The notes beneath the pieces were generated by a model. It did not search any database, was not told the origin of the DNA, and saw nothing but the letters and a program-made list of their open reading frames with translations. Below are positions 1 to 12,231 of a stretch of 64,000 bases of DNA, piece by piece. The first letter of the stretch is position 1, and each line of letters opens with the position of its first letter. The stretch is from Amoebophrya sp. A120 (Eukaryota; Protista; Dinoflagellata): NCBI GenBank assembly GCA_905178155.1, contig CAJINV010000006.1:3906130-3970129 (forward strand), in the 5' to 3' direction. The position numbers and the translations under genes are program-made.

Positions 1-2238
1 GGCTTTAATGCCATTGCTACGCCAGAGCATTTTAATAATATTAAAATGAATTCTTGCAGCGCGCTGCAAACCACCCGGCCAAATAGCGCAATGCGTGCTT
101 GATGTTCGTGGCTGGAGGTGGCGATGCATCATGTTTACTAATGTTTCTGTTTGTGCTTATGTTCACGAAACATCAAAGCCCACAGGTATTGAAACTCAAA
201 ATACCGGCCGTCTCTTCACGCCAGTTCTGATAGGTTTTGCGAAAGGATGGGCGCGCTTCTACTTGCGTCGAAAATCAACGACACGGCGAGCACCTGTGAT
301 TCCAGTTGTCGTTCCTTGCGCTTTGGATTCATTCATCGCACCTAATTCAGGAATGCAGTGAAACTTCTAAGACGATTAAATCAAAGCGAGCGCTTAAAAG
401 TCTGAAAGCACGACGCAAGAGAAGTAGAGAGCCCCTTGCGAAGTCATATACTTATCGCAACGCAAAATCAAAGCTGAAGGCTGAGTAGATCACTGCAGCC
501 GGAGCGAACTGCGTGGATTTGTGATGCGATTCCTGTATTTTTGGATTAAAGCGAGGAAAAAGGAGGCGGAAGTAGACAGTAGCTGAAATGGGCGCGGCGC
601 GTTAGTGGATACTTGTACTTCTGCCCTCGGGGCCCTATACAGCTTAAGGCAGGAGCACCCACGACCTAGGGGCGCTGAGCCCTGCAACCGCATATTAGCA
701 GGTGCTTCTCTAGCTGGCAGCAGGTCGATCCGTCAACGCCGCCCGAAATCTATCATAATTTAAAAAGAAGTCCAATACCTCAGGTTTCGCGAGAGCGGTG
801 GCGCTGCGAAGGTTGCGCTGCGTCTCTTCCGAACGAGTGCGCTATAATTTTTGGTTTCTTCTGAAGATTGCTCCTGGGAGCAAAAACGAAAAAAAAATCC
901 TGCTCGCAAGGTGAAGGTTGCTGTTTTGGGATCATAAGAATATTTGCATCACTTCAACATAATATCCACACTATCCACACTTCTGCTACAGGCAGGTGTC
1001 TATCTACAACTTGTATTGGCTTTCATAATGTGTGTGACCACATACAGCCCCGTAAGTACGCAACGAGTACGGATCTTCGCACGAACCGCTTCCACCGCTT
1101 CTCCTTGTTGATATACTAGAACGATACACGATCGCGACCACGAGGGAGTCTACAACGTCAACGTTTTTCCACGAAGAGCGCGGCTCTGAATTTATCCTAC
1201 TGCACGACGTGGGCCACCCACGAGTTTCAATCAGAACGAAGCGATGCGATATACATATACTTCTCATCGTACACGATTATTAATTCGGCCTTGCGTTCGC
1301 ACGATGTTGCCGATGGCGCATTTGGCAGTAAAAGATATCATCTACGGTCGGTGCTTTCTGTTCTTTTTTTTTTTCTACAATGTCCATCTCCTTGAATTAC
1401 AACCTTCTCTGTGAAGATGATCCAAGTTATGGCACTAGTACCGTAGAACTTTGAAAGCAACGAGTTCGCTCCTCAGACAGAACGAGGTCAACAAAATCAA
1501 AATTCTAAAAATCGAGACGTGGAACAAGAGCAAGGTAGTTGTCGGACGAGGAAAATCATGAAGGAAAGAGCAACAACTCCACAGAACGATTATAATGTAC
1601 GTTTGGTACCTGGGCATGAGCATGACTGAGCAGGCACGACGGACATAAAAGGAAAACGAAACGACAACGACTTGAACGACAGGACGATTACCTACGATCT
1701 ACAGAGCGCCAACAAGCAACCTGCATATAATCTGCGAACTTCGACGGATAGTGAAAAAACCAAAAAAAAACGCTGTGCGAGCGACGAGGAAAATATGGCT
1801 ACAACATCGTGGCCTCTTCCTACCAGAAGTTATGCTTCTGGAGATGAAGCACTCATCGGTCGTTTACAAGAACTTCGTCCGCTATAATGTTGAGTTTCTG
1901 ATTTCAGAGTCGGCGTTCGCGTTATGGGTCGTGTTCCAATGTGAAGAAAGCATCTCCTTTCATAGTTTTGTCTTCTTGGGCAATTGTAGTTGCGGCGCTT
2001 GTTGCACATGGTGAAGTCGGATAACTTTTGTTCAAGAACATCTTCTCGTTCATCCGGAGTACTGCTCTGTTGAAAAAGTCTCAAAGTGTTTCAAAAGTGT
2101 AGGACACCAACAAGAACCCGCAACAAGAACATCAGCTACACGTACTAGACTAAGCTGTACTCATCCACGACCAGACGTGGCGTCAGCACACGTCGCTAGT
2201 AATACAACGCGAGAAATAGAATCCACCCACCTTGCTCG

Positions 2239-4615
2239 TCACAAGTCTTTCCCCTGCGCGCATGAACTGCAAAAGTATCGTACTCGTAAAAATGCATTAC
2301 AAATTTCCTCCGCATGAGAAATAAAATTTGTAATGCTGATTTACCTTAACACAGGGATTTGTAATGCATGATTGCAATACGAGTACGATACTTTTGCACA
2401 GGATAGCGCGACTTTGGTTGCAAAGCTCCGCTTCTCGATCCAGATCAGGTGGTACCCAAAGTGTATGCAAGAAAAAAACTATGTGAGTGTAAGTCTGTCA
2501 TGCAGAAATTGCAAAAAACTGTTACACGTGTCATGCTGGACGTGCGTCGTAAGCTACTTTCATACGTTTTCCACGTGCTAGCTGCGCATCACAGATATTT
2601 TTCCCTGTAATTATACAAAACAAATTTGTGATGCTGCTCTTCCTGTTCCTACACCTACAAAGTTACACTTACACAGTTTTTTCCTCGATAAACTGGGTCT
2701 GCACGGACAGTATCAAATGTAAATAAAAGTATGTGTTTGGGTGTGGATGATGCAAAAGAACTTGAAGGACAGTAAAGATCTGTGATGCGTCGAAAGGAAC
2801 AATGGCGAGATGTCTTCCACCAATCATGCTACACACAAGTGAATTTTTCCTAAGAAGCCGACGAAAAGTTGTCATGGTCATGCTGCTGTGCCGCACAGTA
2901 AGAAGAGGCTCAGACATGCCTCAAGGACATCAAATTGTCTGCATCTTTGTGGTTCCAGACCAAAACGACATATTTTTCACCCTGCCTAGGCCCGTGCACC
3001 GTGTGCAACGGCTTTTCCGGATCGAAAATCACGCGGTCAAAGGCGGGTACCATCTATGCCTTGCAAAAGTATCCTCGCACTCGTTGTATTGCAGTCATGT
3101 ATTACAAATCTTTTTCTTAAAGGTAAATCCGCATTACAAATTTTGTTTCTCATGCTGAGGATGAAATTTGTAATACATTTATACGAGTACGATACTTTTG
3201 CACTGCATACCATTTGGCCATAGGCAAAATTCCCGAGCGATCCGCCCTGCTTGCCGCTGGGGCAGGAAACGTATGAAGTGGTTGATGAAGAATTTTGAAT
3301 TTTTCTTGGTCGAGAACAACATGCAGATCAACAACATTCTGCTACTTAGAACTGAAACAAGAGAACTCTCTTTCTGTAGAGCAGTCAAATGCATGACATT
3401 GACCAGCACGAGTACAATAAGCTCTACAAGCTGCTGCTTGTCTACTACACGACCAAAAACGACGACGAAAAATTCATATTGCATCACTCTCATCATGGAT
3501 ATAGAGTGCTTCCTGGCCAATTCCTCGAATCTTTCCAAGCGGTTGTCGATTTCGCTCTTTAGCTCCTGGGCTTTCGATTCCTGTGGATGTTGTTCCGTTT
3601 CATATTCATCTTCAGATTCATGCAAGACAGATCTGTCGTCTGTTTCATCGCACAACATTCGTTTTCCTTTTCGTATTGACATTTATTAAGCATATACAAA
3701 CCTGAGCAGCTGCTAAAATTGTTGCACGAAGACAAACTACTGTTGACCTCTGAAACGAGAATGTGACGGGCTGTGGCGCGATGTATCGGTTATGGAAGGC
3801 GGAAAAAGTGAATTTTCATTTTCTAGCAGTAGTTGCAGATACGAAGTCAAGGCATTCCTCAAGCGGGTGTCCTTCATGCTTTGTTCGACGTCCTTTGTTC
3901 ATCAGCTTCACCTGATTTTATTTCGTACCAATCTTTATCTCGTGGAAAGAAGTAATGATAGTTTTCAGCACTGTGCACCATCCTCCTGTCGTGCCCTCGT
4001 ATCTACTGCTCTACATCATTGTCATTCATTCTTTCCACTTTCCATACTGGCGACAGCAGACCGATTTTGACCAGCGGCGTGCGAATGAATTCCGGAATGC
4101 CGCAGACCATGATCAGCAGGCCGTATCCTGTGCAAAAATATCGCACTCGTACTAATTGCAAATATGCATGACAAATCCAACTTTCTACCTGAAATAGCAT
4201 GACAAATTGCATTTTTGTTCTTGGGAAAATTTGTAATGCAATCCACACTAGTACGATAGTTTTGCAATGCATAGGCCGATGCAGAAGACAATTTGTATCC
4301 ACCAGGCGCCAGCCTTGCTTTCCGGCGCATCCTGGTCGATATGCCTTGCAAACATGTCCTCTGGGTCCTCTAGAGTTCGTGATGCATGGGCATCAAATAG
4401 ACATCATCTATACGTACCTGTCATGCAAAAACGCAGTTTGCGTTTACCGCATGGCTGCGTACTTATTGCAGTGCCCCCATGGAAGCCCACTCCCGTAATT
4501 CAAATTGAAACAAAGAACGCTTCGTAGCATGACAACTTTCCAGTCCCAGATGACACGTTTGCAGTTTATAGACGATGACCTGCCTGGCGCCGGACTTCGG
4601 AACAGCGGCCGGCAT
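2239..4615 (-). CDS. Parvulin (PpiC-type) peptidyl-prolyl isomerase with an N-terminal transmembrane segment; 9 introns
   Basis: Hand-spliced protein: MPAAVPKSGARQV..WWIQIVFCIGLLIMVCGIPEF..HRATARHILVSEESKAQELKSEIDNRLERFEELARKHSSCPSGKQGGSLGNFAYGQMVPAFDRVIFDPEKPLHTVHGPVQTQFGYHLIWIEKRSFATKVAQGKDL*. Parvulin motifs ARHILV, SCPS..GGxLG.F..GQM and TQFGYHLI are present. Introns are 7 introners, one GT-AG intron (3581-3747) and one degenerate intron (~3272-3503). Confidence 0.9.
3791..4046. mobile_element. Introner family H (single, old copy)
   Basis: Ends TATGGAAGGCGGAAAAAGTGAA and TTCATTCTTTCCACTTTCCATA are imperfect inverted repeats. Removal fuses the TM exon to the parvulin domain in frame. Confidence 0.7.
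4124..4273. mobile_element. Introner family A (representative; ~24 copies, mostly ~145-210 bp)
   Basis: TIR TATnnnnTGCAAAAGTATCGTACTCGT; TSD GGCCG here. Other copies: 2261-2405, 3055-3209, 6534-6681, 8886-9035, 10110-10261, 18736-18883, 22761-22955, 25456-25610, 28841-28995, 29094-29258, 30978-31160, 31749-31904, 33635-33788, 33835-33989, 34884-35032, 35444-35653, 36343-36497, 41055-41205, 41596-41747, 46037-46233, 46257-48305, 62870-63019, 63876-end. Confidence 0.92.
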
Positions 4616-5972
4616 CCTTTTGCTTCTCTTGCTCGGCTGAAGATGACTGTCGTGTAGCAAATAAGTGAAGAAGGAATGCACTTCACGACGCGGACAAGAT
4701 GAAAATGGTAGATACTCCCTGGACCTGAAAATGTCGTGGCTGATGTTTACTGTCGGACTGGTTGTTCCTGTAGTTCTTCATCTTCTACGTTGTACTAGGC
4801 GAAATGGTTGTAAAAAAACACCTTCCAGCACATCCGGAAAGAGAAAGACAAAGACAACAAAACAACTGATATTCATGAGAATGCAAAGTAGTAGCAGTAC
4901 TGCCTACTAGAGCTGCTACAACTGTAGAAATGATCTGGAGCAGGGGAACCAACGAGAAAACCGTGGGAAAAAAGCTTCTGATAATAGTAGACATGCAGTC
5001 GTGGTTAAACAAGCTCGCAACTCGTCTTTAGCATCTACTTGTACGGCGAACACGTTTATTTCTTGATTTCCCTTCGTAACAAAATCCTTCGTTCGTCTTC
5101 ATTGAAGACGAACGAAGGACGCTTTTCATCAAGCTGAACTTGCTCGGTCGTTTTCGTTTTTTTTCTATATCATATATCAGCATGAAGTTGAAGAACATTC
5201 TACAGCCCGAGCATAGAAGTGAAAAATTTTCTCAGCATCTACATCACTAGAACTACGCAGCGCGACAGCAACACTATTTGCTTTCGCGTGTTGTGGTTCT
5301 CGTTGTGGTCATCTGCGCCCTTGATGGTCGCCGTTGTTCATCTCGTATAAGAGGAGCCAGTACTTTCTCTTCCACATGGATCTGAGTACTTATTCCATAT
5401 TTTTGATGCTTCGATTTTTCTCACTTGTCGACCTGCTCCGGGGATCTAATTAGTAGAAAAACTGGCGTTAAAAATACTCGAATTGGATGCGTCATGATCT
5501 CGCAGCTGACCACCAGCTCCTGCTGCATTTTAATTTACTTGATGAAAAGCGTGCTCAGACAGAATCAGTTCTAGTTCTACAGCGTTGATATTTTACTTCT
5601 CCACCTTCGGTCAAATCCTACATGATAATCTGCAATCGATCCTCTTCCTTCTTCCTTGATGCGTTGCAAACATATCCCGCACTGCTTGTGCACAAAAAAA
5701 ACTGCGGTAAACATCTTCACAAACAAAAAATCTGAAAGTGCACGTGGCCACACACCAACCCCTTTTCAAAGAAAATTCGGCCTACGAAAGCCTGAATTAG
5801 AATTTTTCCCGGTACTTATGTATACTATAGGCGAACAAGGTATCAGGCGGCACCATCAACCTGTTTTGTTCGTCGTCGTCCCCCTTCTCAAGTTGTCTAT
5901 AATAGAAGTCCACGCGGCGCTCCTTGATGTGCGTAGGTACTTCTGTAGTCCCAATTCAGCTCGAATAGAGAA

Positions 5973-7172
5973 TTAACGTGGCGGACGGTTCTCCTGGTCA
6001 CTCCCGTCGGAGTCGTCAAAAAGTCCCGCTCGCCGGACTACCTCATGGGGACCTTGCAAAAACAGAGCTCCGGCGCCGTCGTCATCGTGTCTCATCCGTT
6101 CGGCGGCATCTTCAAACTCAGGCTGCAACTCTCGAATGATATCCGGGCCGAAATTGCCGACTCGTCGTTGGCCGGCACGACCACGAATTCGCCGCGGCGC
6201 ATCGGGGACGGCAAGATCCCTCCGTTCCCTTGGCGGCGGTGTCACCTGCCGCGGCGGGGAACCAGCCTGCCGCTGCGCGTTTTCGAAGTTGCGAAGCGCG
6301 TTCTGCGCCGGCCGGTGGAGATCCGGGCTTGGGGATCTTGGAAGATCTTGGTAGGCACGGAAAGGAAGCGCCCCCACACCCGCCGCCGGAGGAGCAGCTG
6401 CTTGTGCTTGATGTTCTCCGACATTAATTCTGGCAAAATCTTCGAAGCCCAATAAACCTCTGGTCGTGCGCCGTTCTCGCTGCGGTGCGGCGGGAGGGGA
6501 ATTTGGTACCGGAGATCGGGATCTCCTAATCCTTATCCTGTGCAAAAGTATCGCACTCGTATTGGAAAAGTCACGCATTACAAATCTTTGTCTTAAGGTA
6601 AATCCGCATTACAAAATTTATTTCTCATGCTGAGGAAATTTGTAATGCATTTATACGAGTACGATACTTTTGCACTGCATACTCCCACCCAGCTGTGCTG
6701 GTCCCGGTGGGGGCGAGGCCGGAGGACCAGCTCGACGCCCAACGGGGGGAGAAGGGGTCCTCAATGTTGGGCGCGGGTCCGGGTTGATCCCTTCGCGGCG
6801 CTGCAGCCCTTGGGGCAGAGGCCCAACAGGTGGAAGTAGGTGACCGGGCCCCCCGCGATGAAGGAAACCAATTTGCTCTGGCTGCTGGTGTAGTGCTCCG
6901 GTGTATGTCGTAGCGGCGGCACTCCCGGCAGATGCAGAGCTTCGGCCCGTGGAAGTGGATGGCGCTAGTGCTACGTCATAAACATTATTCATCCCGGGGG
7001 ACGAAGAGGAGGAGCTGCTGCTGCCGGCTCCCAGCGACAAACCCGACACCAGCAGCGGGAAGGAAGCGAGATAGAAGTAGACCACCACGGCGGTGGTCGT
7101 TCTTGGGGTCCAGAACAACTGCAGCATTCTGAATACGTTCTTTGCCTGTAGTAGAGGGCTGATTGAAAACAA
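5973..7172 (-). CDS. Pro/Arg/Ser-rich low-complexity protein with one introner (6534-6681)
   Basis: ORFs 6651-7172 and 5973-6578 join in frame (..AQLGG-x-RRSRSPVP..) after removing the element plus 5 bp. Start uncertain. Confidence 0.6.
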
Positions 7173-8195
7173 CGTCGAGTTCTTGACGGGAAAGAAAAGA
7201 AACTACTTTTTAAAAGAGGAGATGTGGAGCTACTTGGTATTCTTTCGAGATCGTTTTTTAGTTGTGAGATAAACTTGAAAAAATTCTACGGAAATATATA
7301 GAAGTTCACTGCTATTTTTATGCAGCAGAGAACTAGTATAACTCAGCTGGAAATAATGGAAATGAGGCGCGATGGAAAGTAGAGCTCGCAACTACCGATA
7401 TTATCAAGGAATGATAGATCGATAATATGGCGAAACAAATTCCACATGTTTTGTCACCCATTCTGATCTTTGACCTTGAGAAGTTTCGATGATCTTCAAC
7501 TGCTGGCGCCACGGGCCAACAGAATGACAATACTAGACGTCGTGGAAATATAACAAAATCTGAATTATCGGATCATCGACATCATTCGGAATTTTTCTCA
7601 CGACTCTCAGTTCTCTTGGCACTTTGTTGAACATCACAGATCTTATTTTTGTCCCCTTCGAGTGATCCTGATCTGTCTTTGAAGAAAATTTCTTTGCAGT
7701 CCAGCAGATCTACTTTTACCAGCACCAGCAGTAGATCCGGATCGCGTAGAACCCAAACCAAACAACAGCCCTCATACATGCTGGAGTTCTTGCTGCTCCG
7801 GACAACAACTCCCTGTGTAGAAGTATACATACTTTATTATAGACTTACTACTTATACTAACTTTCTCTATCTTCAAAAAGTCTTGGTTCCCAATTGCATC
7901 TATACTTAGAACGAAGGAGAGAATGTTTGTTGTTGTTCTTCCTGCTGCTCGTGCTGGTAAAAATTTTGTTCTGCGTTTTATTTCCTGGTTCGTTGTCGTG
8001 CCGTTGGACGTACTTAGTTACCACGGAGCAACTGAACTACTAGCAGTACTCGAGGGTCGTGAGGAGAACAGCAATAAAGTTCCGCCTCCTCTTGGTCTTC
8101 GATTTGATGCTAACGGGCTTTTTACACAGGAGGATCTTCATGCAAGAACGTACTTGTGACCTATACGTAGCTACGGTGTCGTCTGCTCTCCTTCT

Positions 8196-11100
8196 TCAAA
8201 TCACCTTCGCCTCCTTCTATCCCACGAACAAACTATTTCACTGTGACGCTTTTGCAAGATCTGCATCACAAGTTGAAGTTTGTTAATACACATGACCGCA
8301 GAAAAGCTACCATGCGCGCTTCCCAAGGGATGAGATAAACACGCTTAAAAATTCGATGTTCTATGCAGGTGTAGCAAGACAAATACTTCTGTGTTGCATT
8401 CTATGCACCACAAGTTCACAGCGAAACAGTTTTTTCTTGCGATACGTTCTTCAGCTTATCCACTAGCTCGTCGACGTCTGCCACCTTCTATGAGAGTGCA
8501 CAACTTGTTCCCCTCCCACTCATTTGTATGGCATGAACAACAGCATCACAAGCAGCGCGCAGACTGTGTCTTTGGCATCACAAATCGTCTCCTGCGCAAG
8601 GATTCTAGTGCTGTTTGAGGTCGTCGTCGTCCCAAAAGCAAGATTTCTTATGCATCGAGTGCTTAAAGGGAACAGCGAGATGTCATGTCGCGTACTTCTA
8701 CTTGGTATTATGCATTACAAATGAGGAAATCAAGTGGGGTTGTGCAGTCTCATACCTTCACCCCGGCCGCCCTCACCGGCGGGTCCTCGACGGATAAAAT
8801 CTTCATTTTCGGTGCCAAATCGACGCCGAACGACGCGGCCTCCACCTTCTCCAAAGGTTTCTTCTTCGCTTTCATCAGATTCGGCTATGCAATGCAAAAG
8901 CATCGTACTAGTATAAATTGCATTACAAATTGGCTTGGCATTACAAATTAAATTGGTAATGCGGATTTGCGTTAACAAAAAGATCTGTAGTGCTTAAATG
9001 CAATTAGTGCGAGTACGATACTTTCGCAGTGCATATCGGCAAGGTCGCGTACCGTGGATCGTTCAACCGCAAATCGGCCGTGATCACCGCCGGCAGGGAA
9101 AGCTTCATCGTTTGAATCCCCGCGTCGACTTCCCGCTCCGTGGTGAGAGCCTCCGCGGTATGACAGTGCACAATTCCCCGTCCCTCTCATTTGTCATGCA
9201 AAATCACAATTCCACGCGCTGCGCTGCTTTGAGGCACCGTTTGCTTGACAGATTCATCTCGAGGAAGCCTAAGCAGTGCTACGCTACGCGCATGATGAAC
9301 TTGTCATGCTAGTAAACAAAATGCGACACACTTTGCCCCCCCATTGTGCCATGGCCGCAGATGATGAACTTGTCATGCGCAGACTTCATTTGCGCTGGTG
9401 TTTCTATTGCTGCTCACGCAATACAAGCGAGGGGGAGGGAGAGTGGTGCACTCTCATAGGCGGTGCCGTCGATGGAGGAGGTGAAAGTGGACTGGGGCCA
9501 GTTGAGCAGCCCCGCGAGGATCTGTATGCTACGAAAAGAGTGCTACAGTTGCACATTTGTAGTGAATTCAGCAACACAAATTTCTCTGCATGAGAGAGAA
9601 ACCCTGCAATGCAGAAATCCTACGGGAAAATAAACAGCTCTGAAACGAGGCTCCTATGCATATCCGGCATGACAGAGCTTGTCTGCTTTGCTTGGCCTGC
9701 AACACAATGTGTAACTGTAACACTTTTTTCTTGCGATAATCTGCCCCACCTGGTTACTGTCCGAGTCGATGGACTGCTTACTATCAAAGGCAAAAGCGTC
9801 TGGGTCTGGAAGGTTGGAACTTGTGATGCTAACTTTCGACTCTAAAAAAATCTGCATTGCATGACCAGCAAGAGGAGTCTAGCTTTTGCTACGCGGGGAG
9901 AGCGTTTGCCATGCGGAGTAGGCATCAGGAAGGGTTCTAAAAGTCTGTGATGGTAGGGCATGCATCACAAACAATCCTGGGTCATGCAAAATACGCATGA
10001 CAAACCCGGCAACATCCCAGACCCAGACACTTTTGCATTTGATATTTACCGCACAAAACCAAATTCGGACTCTCCTTTTCTACCACTTTCTGCAACAGCT
10101 TCGCCGTCGTATGAAATACAAAACTATCGTACTCGTAGTATTGCGATACAAATTAGCTCAGCATGACAAATGGAATTTCTCTTGCTGATTTAGCTTGAAA
10201 ACGCAATTTGTCTTGCATGACTGCGATTAGTACGAGTACGACACTTTATTTGCAGAGGATACACCGCCAGAGGTTGCAATTCCTGGTCGGTTCGCATGTC
10301 GGTCGTCAGCAAAATCGCTCGGTCTGCACCCATCGCGAGACTCTGGCGCATATGGATTGCAAATATGTCTGGGTGTGGAAACTTGTAATGCTCAAAGTGA
10401 ATGATAGACGCGCCACAATACGCAGCTATGCATGACAAATTTTGTGGCTGCCATGTCTTTACGTATTCCGCATGGCAAACTGCCTTTTCGCATGACAGTT
10501 AAGAGGACTCTTTCGTGCCTACGCAACACAGATTCTCGAGTCATGCCAGACAAGCATGACAAACTTGCATTCTTTCAGACCCAGACATTTTTACATTTGA
10601 TAGCGCAGCACTTCCTGCGATTTCTCCGCCCCGATGGAAACCGCGATCAACTCTGTCAGCAGACCCTGTTATGGCAGCGTCAGGACCGAAATTGGCAAAA
10701 AGTTGAAAATGAAAAACAACAAAATGTGTAATGCACAAAATGCAATCTTCCTCCACACGAATCCTGTATTGCAGAGCAGGCTAGGAAGGACACTGGAAGC
10801 CTGTTTGAGGATAGACATAGGGGGGGCTGCTAAAGTAGCATGGCAAAAGATCCCTTTTTTCCCCAAACAGCTTGACAAACTAAACTCGGGTGATTATACC
10901 GAAATTTGTCAAGCGCCGCCCAGAAATTGGGCTTGCAACTGGTATCGAGGATTTTACGCATCACAAATTCATTTCAACTTTGTCGATTTCGACTCTGACG
11001 TTTCCATACCTTTTCCTTCATGCGGATACCTTCCTCGACCGCGATCTCGCAGAAGTGTTGTGAGGAAAAACATCCCCAACCCAATTAAATTTGATGTCAA

Positions 11101-11396
11101 CATGTCGAGCTGCATGCCCAGGATGTGTTTCATGCGCAGCAAGCCCGTGACGAGCTGCGAAGTTCACAAAACTACCACCTTCCTTTAGCGGAAATTATTC
11201 CATCTTGACAACAACGATGGGCTAGGGTTAGGGACGTTTCTACTCAGGGAGATACGAAGGGGTTCATGCTCATCTTCACATTCTTGATTTCGACCCCGGA
11301 CTTGTCTTTTGCGACGCGCACCTTGACCGCGTAATCAATGACGCGCTTGACACACACGAGTGCCTTGTTCTGGAGAAACGGAGACGGACGAAGCAT
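8196..11396 (-). CDS. ETFB: Electron transfer flavoprotein beta subunit; 10 introner introns
   Basis: Spliced protein contains [128 protein letters not shown], the classic ETF-beta motifs. Confidence 0.95.
8489..8754. mobile_element. Introner family I (representative; ~6 copies)
   Basis: TIR TATGASAGTGCACAA followed by a C-rich tract; TSD CCTTC. Other copies: 9159-9458, 18979-19296, 24508-24744, 44407-44641, 45335-45546. Confidence 0.82.
9525..9738. mobile_element. Introner family C (representative; ~12 copies, mostly ~210-235 bp)
   Basis: TIR TATSnnnGAAAAAAAnTGT; TSD ATCTG here. Other copies: 2464-2690, 8218-8444, 26966-27191, 28586-28793, 32476-32704, 32739-32947, 35109-35317, 37269-37478, 37980-38190, 43295-43528, 50707-52708. 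Confidence 0.88.
10351..10602. mobile_element. Introner family B (representative; ~31 copies, mostly ~230-320 bp)
   Basis: TIR TATnnnnTGCAAAWATGTCTGGGTCTGGAA; TSD GCGCA here. Other copies: 2711-2988, 4340-4570, 9782-10044, 12275-12537, 16315-16565, 17105-17393, 17443-17699, 18359-18629, 19362-19622, 22159-22430, 23247-23499, 25001-25259, 27809-28070, 30676-30936, 31430-31696, 31960-32211, 32992-33262, 34040-34317, 34468-34726, 35705-35964, 36049-36309, 36562-36825, 37536-37798, 41924-42801, 45706-45962, 48344-50016, 53689-53963, 60389-60705, 60810-61133, 63538-63792. Confidence 0.92.
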
Positions 11397-12231
11397 GGTT
11401 GATGGTTCTTGCCGTCAAAACTTTTTTATCAGTGTTCTTTTTTGATTTTGCGAAATTTTCTTTGTAACTGTATCTTTTTGTACTATCACGAGCGACCGGC
11501 GTGGAATACGAGGTAAGTGTGTTTAGTATATGCGCATGGCCCAACTAGAGCAATACACGACCTTTCTTTTTCATCTCGCAGTAATTGTAGTTACACAGAT
11601 TTTTCAAATTCGTCCACAAGGCTGATCATGGTTGTGATGCGTTGCTTCTCTAAACTTACTCTCAACTACAACGCTAAGTACAGCAACCTCATCTCTCGTC
11701 TCGTCGTCAAATGTCTTCGCTGGTACAGCAGCAAGAGCAAGGTTTCATTTACGCAGATGCTCTTGAAACTGCAACAAGCGCTCGCCTAGTGCGGAAGACA
11801 GATCACACCAAGAACGACGAACAAAGAACAGGCAACGCCTTTTCGCGGAAACTCGTGTGGCCGAAACAGCGGTCATTCCAGTAATATGCCAAGATTCCGA
11901 CCTCATGCGAAGAGAGGATCTTCACTTCTACAGAAGAACACGACTGGTGGCGCCACCTCATCAAGGAGCCGATCTGTCGTCTCGCGCAGAAGTATGGTAC
12001 AACGTTGTGTCGGGAGTTGTCCTCGCCATGCTGCTAGCTCTGAATCTTGTTTGAAACAACCGAGTACAACTTCATCTCCAGCAGTAGCGAAGCGGTTTTT
12101 TACTTACTGTGCAAAAACCGTGTCAAATGCGTCGAGTGCGACCCACGACCACTTCTGATTTTATTCAAGAAGTTGTGCACGACTGCAGTCAGAAGTATAG
12201 TTGCAGTTCTCGTGCAAAGAATTATCCTCCT

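Noticed and set aside
1-2200. Short ORFs at the start of the window
   Set aside because: No recognisable motifs or spliceable structure; treated as intergenic or UTR.
4003-4302. Stand-alone small membrane protein ending ..NDNDVEQ*
   Set aside because: The stop lies inside inverted-repeat element 3791-4046, whose removal fuses the exon to the parvulin domain.
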